Origin: Marsupella aquatica
Lineage: Eukaryota; Plantae; Marchantiophyta
DNA: 64,000 bases
Reading direction: 5' to 3'
Assembly: GCA_973895155.1 (NCBI GenBank)
Contig: OZ316897.1
Coordinates: 2,111,312-2,175,311 of the forward strand
Below the pieces are notes generated by a model. That model did no database searches, had not been told where the DNA came from, and was given only the letters and a program-made list of their open reading frames with translations. The position numbers were made by a program, and so were the translations under genes. Below, piece by piece: positions 13,252 through 25,232 of this stretch; the first letter of the stretch is position 1; each line of letters begins with the position of its first letter.

Positions 13252-14208
13252 ATTGCAATTCTGAATGCAACGCAAGATTGAAACCCAAGATCCAAATGGC
13301 CAAGAACCTGAGGCTCTGCTCTAGTTCATTACTACTTTTGCGAACAGAGTGCAAAGTGTCGAGCTCAAAGGCAGATATCACCGAGTAGTACAAATTATCT
13401 TATATTATGAGCAGAAAGTAATAGATGTTGTTAGAGTACAGCCGCCATTTCAAGAATTTGGTGAACATTAGTATCACATTAACTTCCAGTACATATCATA
13501 TTTGTTAACAATCATCTCATCATAATGAAGACTAGCTACCGCAGCTCTTTTTAGCCCTCGGATACATAATTGCCAAAAGCGGGTTACCGTATTTCTTATT
13601 TTCTTTAGAAAGACACTGCTACGCATGTAAGATGATTGAACTATTGTAAACTATAGTATTGTAGCTAGTAGTACACTCCAAACTATTCAAAGTTAGAGAC
13701 ATGCATGAAAGAAATAAGTATTTTAAAATTGTGTCGATTATTAAGGTCCAATTAGAAACATCCAAAATTTATAATTAACAAGAACTTTACATGTCACCAA
13801 ACAATTATGTTTGTTGGATTTGACTTGTCAATGGTGAAGAGTGGGCATCGTGACTTATTCCCCAAGTGAAGGTTGGAAAAACTAGTGTGAAGAATATGAT
13901 TGGTTCATGTGCACGAATGATACATATTTTTTGGTGCCAAATTCCAATAGAAAGTTCGATAGTAAACGAGGCAATAGCTATTACAAAAAAATCCCTACCA
14001 TTGATATCTATTGATGAATGGTCAGTAATTTGTAACATTGGTTAGTATGCATGAATTTAATTGTAAAAAACAAACATAATGTGGTAGCTTGTGTGACAGT
14101 TATAACGCATGTGGGATTCATGCCATTTGCCACTTGCAAAATGACAGTTAATGCTAGCGACAAATTGGGTTGAGCCTCTTATGGGATTCAGGGAGATGTT
14201 TCAATGAT

Positions 14209-14980
14209 TTGTCATTCAATGCACCTCGATTCTCCCCCACATCGGCAAATACAGAATGCTCTCTCCCCATTTTTGGGTCCCGCTTCAGTTTCAGGCCAGC
14301 CCCATTTTTGGGTCCCCGTTCAGTCTTGAGAAGGGCACACCGGCACAGATTCTGGAGGAGAATCTAATGCTCGATTGTTTTAACTAGGCTATAATAACTG
14401 AATGTAGTCGGGTGGCCGAGGGAGGGAGGCGCAGGGCTGGCCGTGGCAGGGTTCGTGGCAAGTGGTGAGGCAGGCAAGGGCGCTGGGGCTCGCCGTGGCA
14501 GAAAGGAAGGAGGGCGGCATGTGGGCTGGCCGGGGCCGTCGTGAGTGGTGAGGCAGGCGAGGGCGCTGGGGCTCGCCGTGGCAGAAAGGAAGGAGAGCGG
14601 CGTGCGGGCTGGCCGTGGCAGGAAGGAGGGAGGTAGCCGGGTGGCCGAGGGAGGGAGGGGACTCAGGCGGCCAAGGGAGAGGGGCAGTCGTGCGGCCAAG
14701 GAGGAAGGGCGCAGGGCTGGCCGTGGCAGGAAGGAGGGAGGAAGGTAGTCACGGCCGAGGGAGGGAGAGACTCAACCGGGAGTCGGTAGTCCCGCGCATT
14801 CAGGGAGACGAGTCCCTGAATTGTCATTCAATGCACCTCGATTCTCCCCCATAGCCCACCGGAATACTCTCTCCATTGTTGTGTCTCACTTTCAAGCCAA
14901 CCCCATTTTTGGGTCCCAGTTCAGTTTTGAGGAGGGCACAGATTTTTGATTGAGGAGTTCTAATGTTTGATGGTTTAACT
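14209..14980. repeat. Two ~170-bp direct repeats flanking a GC-rich island of short repeats
   Basis: TTGTCATTCAATGCACCTCGATTCTCCCCCA...CCCCATTTTTGGGTCCC..TTCAGT..TGAG.AGGGCACA...CTAATG..TTTAACT at ~14209-14385 and ~14821-14980. Between them GGCCGTGGCAG / GAAGGA(A)GGAGGG motifs recur. Confidence 0.75.
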
Positions 14981-17356
14981 TATTCACAAATAATGTAAAA
15001 CTATAATATTAATTTTAAAAATATCAATATATTTAATAAAAATATATAATTATTATAAAATATTAAATGGTAATGAGCATGGAGAATTGACGCATAGAAC
15101 TAGTGTGTGACCTAGTGGTATTGGAGGTCAGTTGAGACTAAGACGTGGCGTGTTCAAGGCACACGATGGGCAACTTTTCTTTTCTTTGATTGAGGGCATG
15201 GAAAGGAATGAACTTTGGAGGGGGCGGGGGTGTCTCATTGTATTTGAAAATGAAAATGGTAAATGAGATATATATGGTTCAAGTAGTTTGGAGATAGCAA
15301 AAATAACAAAGGAAACACCCATGAGAGCCAAGGAGATAAATTAACCTCTTTTGTTAATTTCCTATACCTGCCCATTGTTGTGAGGTGCCAATCATGTTCC
15401 TGGTGGGTAGTTGCTTTCAGTTTTAGGAAGAATCCAACAAAAGAGGTTAGAAGTCAAAAGGCAAACAATATTAGAGGTGGTGTTGACAAGAGAAGAAAAG
15501 CCTTGTGCAACAAGCTGAGAAACCAGTAAGACAAACGAAAGCCCCTATGAAAAAGGCACAAAACCAACCCAGCAGACGGCCCCTATGAAGTCCAAAAGTG
15601 TGTGGTAGAGAAGACAACAGGGCCAGGAGTGGTAAGTGTGCTCCAATTGACAGGTTTTGAAAGTTTGCAAGGAATTGGTGCAAGCATGGGTCTGAATTCT
15701 TTGAGTGTCTTGACAAATGTGTCAAGCACAACACCTTTGGTACACTTGTATTCCAGGGTAGCCAACTTAGACTATTTCCAACCTTGTATGTAGAAAAGAT
15801 ATGTGATTGAGTGATTAATTGTAGGGCGGTAGACTGCCGTTGGCTTCTAGGTTTTCTATTGATTTGAAAACAAATTTCATGAATAAAGTTTTGTTTCTTA
15901 TACAATAAGATGTGTGCTTACCATAAATGGTTTAGGAGATAAATGGTTTTTTTATGTGATCATGTCTCCTCAACTTTTTTGTTGCTGCTATATGGCGCAT
16001 CCTTGGTTCATATCCCCAAGTCCAATTTTTTTGGACATTATTTACGGACCCCCATGGGAAGTTCCTTCCAAAATCCCTGGCACCATGTTGAGCCACATCA
16101 GCAGGAATGGCCACAAATAAGAAAATCTAGATGTGAAAGAAGAACAAAACCTGATGGTTCGTGTTTGTGACAAGGCAAAAAAAACTGTCAATCCTGGTAA
16201 CTGTAAAAATGAGAAAAAAAACTGAAGAGTAAAGTTGAAACAAACAAAGAATGAGGTAAAGAGTACTTAACACTTGGAAGTTCTAGAATTGATATATCAG
16301 TGTTTTGCATTAAATGTTAGATTTTTTCTAATTTCAAAAGATTTTTAAATAAACACTGCTAGAGGAAGTAGAAACAAACTGTTGGGCTTCCAAGATTTTG
16401 TAATAAGTATTTGGTGAAGTAACAAATTGTTGGGTTTCCAAAGTTTTGTAATAAATATTTGATAAAGTAAAAACAAACTGTTGGGTTTCCAAGCACTGGT
16501 AACCGCAATAAGTTGTAGATGGTACGTTTTAGATGGCTTGAGATGACAAAGGGAATGGCTTGATGACTTGAGATAACATGACAAAGCTAATGGCTACCCT
16601 TATACTCTTAGATCTGGCAATTTACCCCTCACCCAAGCCAGTTTTTGGTGAATTTAGTAGGAATATTAAATCCCTCCTGCAAGTTACAAACAAATCCTGC
16701 TACTTACATTATTTGGCAATTCCTCCTACTAATAGATGGAGTAGACAAATGTCTTGCAGATTGGGAAACCCTTAAACCACAACTCCAGATATATATACCT
16801 GTAGCTCTCATTTCCACTATGAATGAAGGGATGGGCAAGAGTGTTCTTTCATTGATCCAATTTGTTGAATGTATTCAAGTTTATCTGTCTCAGGGGGTCC
16901 TCATACTAATTTAATTTTTATGCCTGGCTCTGATGGGTGTCTCCTTTGTTATTTTTTCTATCTCCAAATTACTTGAACCCCTCATATATATCTCATTTGC
17001 CATTTCCATTTTCAAATACAATTAGACACCCCGGCCCCCTCTAACGTTCATTCTTTTCCATGCCCTCAATCAAAGGAAAGAAAAGTTGCCTGTCATGTGC
17101 CTTGAACACGTCACCCCCTAGTCTCAACTGAGCTTCAATACCACTAGGTCACACACTAGTTCTATGCGTCAATTCTCCATGCTCATTACCATTGAATATT
17201 TTAGAATTATTTTATATTTTATCTTAAAAAATATATTGATATTTTTAAAATTGATATTATAGTTTTATGTCATTTTTGAATAAGTTAAAAACGTCAAGCA
17301 TTAGAACTCCTCAAAAATCTGTGCCCTCCTCAAAACTGAAGGGGGACCCAAAAATG
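14904..17356. repeat. Long imperfect inverted repeat (~440-bp arms 14904-15344 and 16911-17356, ~1.6-kb spacer); possible nested foldback or non-autonomous element
   Basis: For example GGTAATGAGCATGGAGAATTGACGCATAGAACTAGTGTGTGACCTAGTGGTATTG (~15069-15123) is the exact reverse complement of ~17136-17190. Similarity extends over the whole arms. No TSD found. Confidence 0.85.
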
Positions 17357-19554
17357 TGGGGATTGGGACACAGGGCACATCTGGGAAATTGATAAATTCA
17401 GGCAAACATGAAGACAAACATTGATTTTTGACATTGGCAAGGGACTTTGTAGCTGAGGTGAACAGTTCTGTTGACAGACATGACATGTCTTATGCACAAA
17501 ATTCAATGATAAACACCAGTTTGTCTCTAAATGTCAATGGTTTATAGTCTGAAAATCAACTTACACCTGAGCTTCAGAATATCATAATGAAATATCGAGT
17601 GAAGTTTTAAAGGAGTTGAGTTGGCCTTGACATTGATGCTACTGTTGAAGTGGCTCCTGATATTGGTGACCCAGGTGAAGAGCCAGCTCAACCCTCTTCT
17701 CTTGGGGCTGTACAATGTCTTGCAAGGATGAGACACCCGGGACAGATTGTAGGAGAGTGAAAAAAATGTTAGTTTGTAGCTTATGTGAGACAACATCTAC
17801 TATTCATAGTTGATTAAAGTGAATCAAAGAGATCTTGTTTGCTCAATGTGTTTCAAGAGTACCCCAAACTGCAAATGTGAGGAGGAGTTATAAATTTCTG
17901 AAGTTTACTCAATATTTGAGTAGTATATGAAAGGAGTTATAAGTTTCTGAAGTTTTCTCAATGCTTGAATGAGTAGTAAGTGTTGTAAATTGTAATCAAA
18001 TATTGTGCACATTTTTAGCTTTTTTATAAGCAAATTTTAACTATTGTCCATTCTTTGTTTTTAACTTTAAGTATGTGTGACACTATTTGACTTGTGACCA
18101 CAATTAGTGTCATACTATATTAGTGTCACACACCCTAATTACCGTCACTTACCTCAAATATAACCTCACAGTAATTAGAGTCTGTGAGACTACATACTGT
18201 AAAGAGTGTAGTTACCCTTGGAAATATTATAATGGATTAACTAGTAAAACATGCAAGCTGGGAAGCAAGGAAGCAATGGGGAACGATTGGCTAAAATGAC
18301 ACTAAGAGAAAATATATCTTTTTGAATTATAAGTGACCTGGCAATACTTCAGTTGTTAGTGGCCTATAGGTGTCATGCTAATTACAAGAAATTTAATCCC
18401 AAGATTTTTATAGATTACATAAAGACATGTTAGTGACTAGTCAAAAACTGAATCATGTAAATGTTAGTGACTAGTCAAAAAGTCACTCATGTGACCATGG
18501 TAGGTGAGTCCTAAGGAAGTCATATAAATAGCAGAAATAGACTTTAGTTGCAAGACATCTGTATACCTTACACCCATTTCATGCAAACTAATTTAGACTA
18601 CACATTTTTTCATGTACACTTGTGAAATAGTGTTTGAATTATCTGTATACCAACACTATATCTAATCACAACATTTAGTGTTATATCCATCGCTTTTCTA
18701 GGTCCACAGGCATAACAAAGTTACAACTTGAGAATTCCTCCAAGCACTATTCTTCCTCCTTCAACTTCTTCCCTCCTTTTGTATTTCAAACTTGTCTTTC
18801 TCAATGAATGTATTGCTCACTATGTTAGGGTACAAGGCCTTGGGGGCAGTTTCATTGTTTTTTCACCAGAGCTAATTAATCTATCAGCCATGTAACATCC
18901 TAAGGCTAGATAGTGTACCAGGGCTCAAAAGGAAAGTCTAGAATTATTTCATGGTCGCTTGTTTATTCAGAATTTATGCAGGTCTTTAGTGGAGTCTTCT
19001 CTATCTAATCTATCTAGTTCACGTGCTTTTGATTCAAGGAAAGGTCCATCCAAAATGTTCCTTTCTTAATGCCCTTTGCAAATTTTCCATTTGTATTTTT
19101 CAGGACATTCTTGGAGCATAATGCCCACCACAAGATCCGGATCACCTCTTGAGTAAGATTGTCCATTACTTTCACTAAATCAAGAAAAAATAAAATCTCT
19201 CAAGCCTTTCAATATAATAAGGTTTTATTTGCCAAACCATTAGGGAAACAACCCCTCCAAATGCAAGCTAAAGCTCTCCTTTTTTGGTCATGTTCCATAA
19301 TGCCAACTAAACATGACTTTACTACATACTTCTAAAGTCTATTTTTTGCCTTCAATATTGTGTTTGGTTTTTCATGGTTTACTCTATTTTAATGATCCAT
19401 GCTCCATATTTTTCAATATGGATGCTAAGGTCAGTTGTTCTTGAATATTTTCCAGAAGAGTTGACATTATTTGCTCAATAATCTTGGAAACTTTTAGTCA
19501 ATTTTATCAGTGCACATGTAGTCGTATAAAATTCAAGAGTCGTAGTGTTTCTTA

Positions 19555-20940
19555 AGTCAAATTTTGATTCTAAGCTTGGTTTCCCTGAAACTTTGCCAAC
19601 ATAGTCGTGACTCTATCTTCCAAAATCTGGCAAAGTTTGAGTGCATTCCATGCAACAAATGTTGCCCTACAAAATTTGAGCAACTCGCAACTTTTTATAA
19701 GTCAAATTTTGTCGATTTCATATCTTTTGATCATTTTGTTTTTTCAGTTTTGATTCTGAGCTCGGTTTTCCCTGAAACTTTGCCAACACACTTGTGACTC
19801 TTTCTTCTAAAATCTGGCAAAGTTTGAGTGCATTGTGTGCAGCAAATGTTGCCCTACGAAATTCGAGCAACTCGCAACTTTTTTTAGGTCAAATTTTATC
19901 GAGTTTGTATCTCTTGATCGTTTTGTTTTTTTTAGTTTCAATTCTGAGCTTGGTTTTCCCTGAAACTTTGCCAGCACGGTCGTGACTCTTTCTTCTAAAA
20001 TCTGGCAAAGTTTGAGTGCATTCTGTGCAGCAAATGTTGCCCTACGAAATTCGAGCAACTCGCAGCTTTTTTTAGGTCAAATTTTATCGAGTTCGTATCT
20101 CTTGATTGTTTTGTTTTTTCAGTTTCGATTCTGAGCTCGGTTTTCCCTGAAACTTTGCCAGCACGGTCGTGACTCTTTCTTCTAAAATCTGGCAAAGTTT
20201 GAGTGCATTCTGTGTAGCAAATGTTGCCCTACGAAATTCGAGCAACTCGCAGCTTTTTTTAGGTCAAATTTTATCGAGTTTGTATCTCTTTATCGTTTTC
20301 TTTTTTCAGTTTCGATTCTGAGTTCGGTTTTCCCTGAAACTTTGCCAGCACGGTCGTGACTCTTTCTTCTAAAATCTGGCAAAGTTTGAGTGTATTTTGT
20401 GCAGCAAATGTTGCCCTACAAAATTCGAGTAACTCGCAGCTTTTTTTAGGTCAAATTTTATCGAGTTCGTATCTCTTGATTGTTTTGTTTTTTCAGTTTC
20501 GATTCTGAGCTCGGTTTTCCCTAAAACTTTGCCAGCACGGTCGTGACTCTTTCTTCTAAGATTTGGCAAAGTTTGAGTGCATTCTGTGCAGCAAATGTTG
20601 CCCTACAAAATTCGAGTAACTCGCAGCTTTTTTTAGGTCAAATTTTATCGAGTTCGTATCTCTTGATCGTTTGTTTTCTTCAGTTTTGATTCTGAGCTCG
20701 GTTTTCCCTGAAACTTTGCCAGCACAGTCGTGACTCTTTCTTCTAAGATCTGACAAAGTTTGAGTGCATTCTGTGCAGCAAATGTTGCCCTACAAAATTT
20801 GAGCAACTTGCAGCTTTTTTTAGGTGTCATTTTCTGGCAAAGTTTGAGTGCATTTCATCATGAGAATGCTGCCCTAGAAAATCGGAGAGAGTTACAGGTT
20901 TCCTTAGGTCCAATACTATCGATTTCAATCTCCTGATCAC
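19555..20940. repeat. 187-bp tandem array, about 7 copies, high identity, CpG-rich
   Basis: Unit GTCGTGACTCTTTCTTCTAAAATCTGGCAAAGTTTGAGTGCATTCTGTGCAGCAAATGTTGCCCTACGAAATTCGAGCAACTCGCAG... The period is confirmed by near-identical ORFs offset by 187 and 374 bp (20195, 20569, 20756). Confidence 0.95.
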
Positions 20941-21784
20941 CATGGCGTTTGACAAGACCACCACCATTGTTGATGTGGATATTCTATTCACAATCTTCAA
21001 CGGAGGAAGATTTGTAAGTGAAGTAAGGCTTTCTGAATTTAGCTCTTTGGATTAGGTTGTGTTATTTCAGTTTGTTTGTCCATGAGCTCATTATGCCCTG
21101 TCTGTTACAAGTCACTTTTACAGATGCAGCGTTGACTCTAAAATCAAGTCTCACATTGCTAAGTTCGTGCACTGGATGACACCCTACCTGATACACCGTA
21201 TCTTCAATTTTTAGGTATGTTACATACTACCATAGGAGAAATTTTGCGATTCACATTTTGTATGGTGGGCTAATGTTAGCTTTGTTGCTGTTTGCCGTCC
21301 AACATAATTTTTGAACTAGGATGACAAGAATCCATTCTAAATTTAAGCTTTTTCCTAGGTTGTCTTTCTATTGCACATAGTTTGACAAATCATTGAGAAT
21401 TTAAATCATTTTACAGGTTACTCAATATGGAAGGACTGAAAGACAAAATAAAAAAGAAGAAGAAGTGAGACTCCAATTCTAAAGGTAAGATATTTTCTCA
21501 CTACTAATATACTTTGAGATCAGAAAATGTTTGGAATATATTTGAAACCAGTACACATTTTGTGAGGCCAATTCATTGTCAGGTGAATATATTGATAGTT
21601 GACCTATTGGGGGGGCGTGACTTCCCGTATAGTGGAAGAAACCTCATTATCCGGTGGCCGATACAGTCTATATTCTATGGCTTTGTTTTGTGTCCGAAAT
21701 GTTTAGCATATTTGATACTCATCGTAGGTTTATATTTGTTATTTTTACTGCAAATTTAAGATGAAACTCTTTTTTCTTTTATAG

Positions 21785-23124
21785 GGCAAAAAAACAGTGA
21801 AGGTATCTTCCGAGAGGTTCTCTGCAACATCTCTTTATTTCTGCGAAATCATCAAGCTTGCTCAAAAAGCTGGTGGGAAAGCAGGACATTTTCATACAAA
21901 AATTCTATGTAAGTGGTTGTTGGGCGAATACTATCTTTTCGATTATGGAGTACAGATATTATCTGAGGGAAACCTAAAAGGAAATCAGTCAACCTTTTTT
22001 GATGGTTTTCACAGTTTAAGAAGAGATGAAAGTTGGATTGCTTGGTTTGATGAAAAAGAATGGAGTAGCATCAATCATATGATAATGAATCGTTACAATC
22101 TATCATCTGTTGGGAGAGGCTTATCAGATCGGATACAGAAGTTCCGAACTGATCCAGACATGTATCTAAGAAGTAAGAAAGATCATTACCAGAAATTTGG
22201 AAAATCCCGTATAAAGTTTACAAATTTCACCAAGAAATCTTCCGATTTTGTTGGTAGATTTTCCTCCAGCTATTTGATTGAGGAAGATTTGGAAACACCT
22301 TGGGCAAATCGAATTATAGTCTGGAGACCGATGATCGAGCCTTTTTACAAGATGAATATTTCATCAAGAGTGGAGATTTGGATAGATGGTGATGAAATCA
22401 TTGGAGGTCGGATGAAAGGAGGTGTTCCAGAGAAAGATAGATCTTTTGTTCAGTTGTTTGTGGAAGAAATATGGAATGATAAATATACAATGAAGAGGTC
22501 AAATACACGATCTGCATTGAAAAATGTCATGAGGGCAATTGGCCCATTAGTGAACTGGCGAGAAGGGAAAGGTAATCATTTTGTGAGCTTCTACCGTAAC
22601 AAGTTGAAGATATCACAAACACAGGATCCTACTGTGGTTCAGTTAGAATTGCTCTATGAGCAATGTGCACATCGATTACTGTTTGAAATTATTTTTATTC
22701 TTTCTGTGAACACTTCTGGCCAGTGGTGGAGAGTTTTATTGAGATTATGCCTCCAATGATGGAACTTAGCAGTGAGCTTTTGGCTTGTTTTTCAAAGCCT
22801 GAACTCATGAAAAAAGCCATTCTTGCATATCCTTTATTCATCACAAAGGACTATTGCAATGAAGTTCATACAGATGTAGATGAAAGCGAGTTTACAATGT
22901 TCATGGCATGTAATCCATCGAATGAAAGTAGAGGTGGAGATTTAGTGATGCTAAAATATGGAATTAAAATTCCAATTTTAGATGGAGATTTGTTTTTTGT
23001 TCGGGGTCAAGATCCTCATGCTACATCGTATAGAAGTCCACCAATGAAACCAGTATATGTAGTTGGAATTGCCGTAAACCAAAAACTTGGCAATGCTTAT
23101 GAGTTTCAAGGTGAAAGTAATTAA
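21785..23124 (+). pseudogene. TET/JBP-like (Tet-like) Fe(II) dioxygenase gene with a 1-nt frameshift near 22752; 5' exons unresolved
   Basis: Acceptor TTTTATAG at 21784 opens in frame with ORF 21797-22759. Overlapping ORF 22723-23124 reads FITKDYCNEVHTDVD...RGGDLVMLKYGIKIPILDGDLFFVRGQDPHAT...VVGIAVNQKL, giving HxD (22867-22875), GG-x-L, GD and a distal His (23017-23019) with double-stranded beta-helix spacing. Adding one C in CTCCAATG fuses the two frames (RLCLPMMEL). Confidence 0.7.
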
Positions 23125-23560
23125 ATAAATTTTGTGATACACTGAGATTAGCTATGCGGGTTTTCTTTTGGTCTATTTTTTTGTTTATTATTATGGTGGA
23201 TTTGGTTATAATGGTGTACTATATATCTTGATGCTAAAGTTTTTAGTTTATCTTCTTGTTATAGAATTTTTGTTCATTGGTGCTTGTGGCTGTAATATGA
23301 CTTGTGAGTTTTTAATAGGTTCAAGAAAGCCAATGAAAATTTTAAAAATGTCATTTGCTTCCAAATTGGGAATCATCAACAATTATTTATGAACAGACAG
23401 CGTTGGGGCCAAGCTTACAAGAGCAATAGTCAATTGCTGTAGAAAACAAAAATTGAATGACTACTGTTATTTGTATTTGTATATGGTTGCAGGTGTTAAA
23501 ATTGTTAGTTGATGAAACTGTGGAGTATAATCTATACTCAACCCACGCTGGACAATCAAT

Positions 23561-25232
23561 ATGAATGATCCAGATTTTCAACAGTATACAGATGTAAAAA
23601 GAGCTCTCGACCTAGGGTACACTATGAATGAATGTGCAGATGCACTTGGTGTACATAGAGTGACTCTATGGAAATGCCTCAAAAACTTTGATATTGAGCA
23701 TAGAATATATCCCCGATATACTTTAGAAAATGTTTGCTCTCTTATTACCGAGATTGTACCAATCCATGGATATGCTGAAGATTGGGGAATACGTTTTGTT
23801 AGAGCACGTTTAAAAAGGGCTGGTTATAAAATCTCACTAGCACTTGTCAGAAATGCTTTGGACACATTACTTCCTGGTGTACTTGAAGGAAGGGCACGAA
23901 GATGCATCATAAGGAGATTTTATGATGTAATTGAGCCAATGCATCTGTGGCATATGGATTGTAAGTAGAACATCTATGTCTCTTCTAAATTTTTCCTGCT
24001 TTTATATTGAAGTTAACTTTAGAATAGATCCTCAATACTAATAGATTGTTTGGAAATTGAATGCAGCGTATGATAAATTGACGCAATGGGGATTCGGAAT
24101 TCATGGTGCAATTGATGGGGCTAGACACTTTGTTCCATGGATGCATGTGGCATTGAACAAGAAAGCGCAGACTCTATATGTGGGATATAAGACAGCCATA
24201 CTTAGATTTGGTCATCCATTGATGATTCGTTCTGATTATGCAACAGAACATGTTTTGGTAAGAAGAAACCTTGAAAGAGCAAGACCAAGTACAAATTGTT
24301 TTCGCATGGGGTCTTCTGTTCATAATCAGGTAATGTTTCTGATTAACAAGAACATATAGAGTGGTTCATTTCATATTTCATGTCATCAATTGCAGCTTGG
24401 AAATTCTGTAAATTTGAAATCAATTTTGTGCAGGTACTTATATTTGTATCCTATCATGTATGTTTTGGCAGAGAATTGAGGCATTTTGGAACTACATGAA
24501 ACAAAAAGGAACTAATCACTTCAAGAAGACTTTATATGACTTATCATGTGTGGAAGGATTTTTACAAATTGATATCCCACTTCATAGATATTGTATGGTT
24601 ACTGTGATTCTTCCTTTACTACAAGAGGCTGTAAATGATGTGGTTTTAACATGGAATGCACATACTGTGAGAGCTGTGCAGACTGGAGGTATGTTGAGAC
24701 CATCACATATTCCAGAACTTGCATTTCAATCACGAGAAAGAGAAGCTAGAATTATTCAGCCTCCACCTTATGCCGAAGAAGCTCAGGTGGATATCGAACA
24801 AGAAGATGACATCATCGATCCAATGGGAATTGATTATTGGAATCACAACAATGATCGTGGAAACTTTGAAGATCGCATAAACGATTTGAATGATGAAGTA
24901 AGCATTGTTTTGTATTATTATTAATGTTCATGTGAATTATGAAATGATGATGTAAGAAATACTTTTGTTTATATGCCCTTATTCATGTTTTATTTCTTTT
25001 GCAGAATCTACAATACATTCGTGATATTGCATATGAAAGGAACCAAGTGACAGTCACAACTGCAAAAGACAAATTGCGAATGCATCTTCTTCTTTCTATA
25101 GAGTGTCAAAATAGTATGGACGCTTCATTGGACTTGGAGGACTATGTACAAAATGAATTAGGGCTACCTAATTTATCAGATGGTAGATTATGGGCCTTAA
25201 GATCCTTGCAACAAACATTACAGATTATATGA
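23561..25232 (+). CDS. IS3EU-type DDE transposase (integrase core domain), 4 exons, 438 aa, intact
   Basis: Exons 23561-23960, 24067-24329, 24472-24897 and 25005-25232 with GT-AG introns total 1317 nt and stay open. N-terminal HTH (TMNECADALGVHRVTLWK), GIRFVRARL, then WHMDSYDKLTQWGFGIHGAIDG ... PLMIRSDYATEH ... GSSVHNQRIEAFW supplying the D, D, E triad. Confidence 0.92.

Noticed and set aside
14364-14854. Pro/Ala- and Arg/Gly-rich ORFs on both strands
   Set aside because: These are low-complexity translations of the GC-rich repeat island with no domain signal.
19555-20940. CRISPR array, or small genes in ORFs 19564-20830
   Set aside because: The units are head-to-tail with no unique spacers, there are no cas genes and the context is eukaryotic. 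The ORFs are by-products of the 187-bp repeat.
21785-25232. KDZ/Zisupton or Plavaka element (the known TET-associated transposons)
   Set aside because: The transposase has integrase-core WHxD..DG / RSD / HNQRIE motifs and no CxC domains. The TSD is 6 bp and the ends are not CACTA-like.
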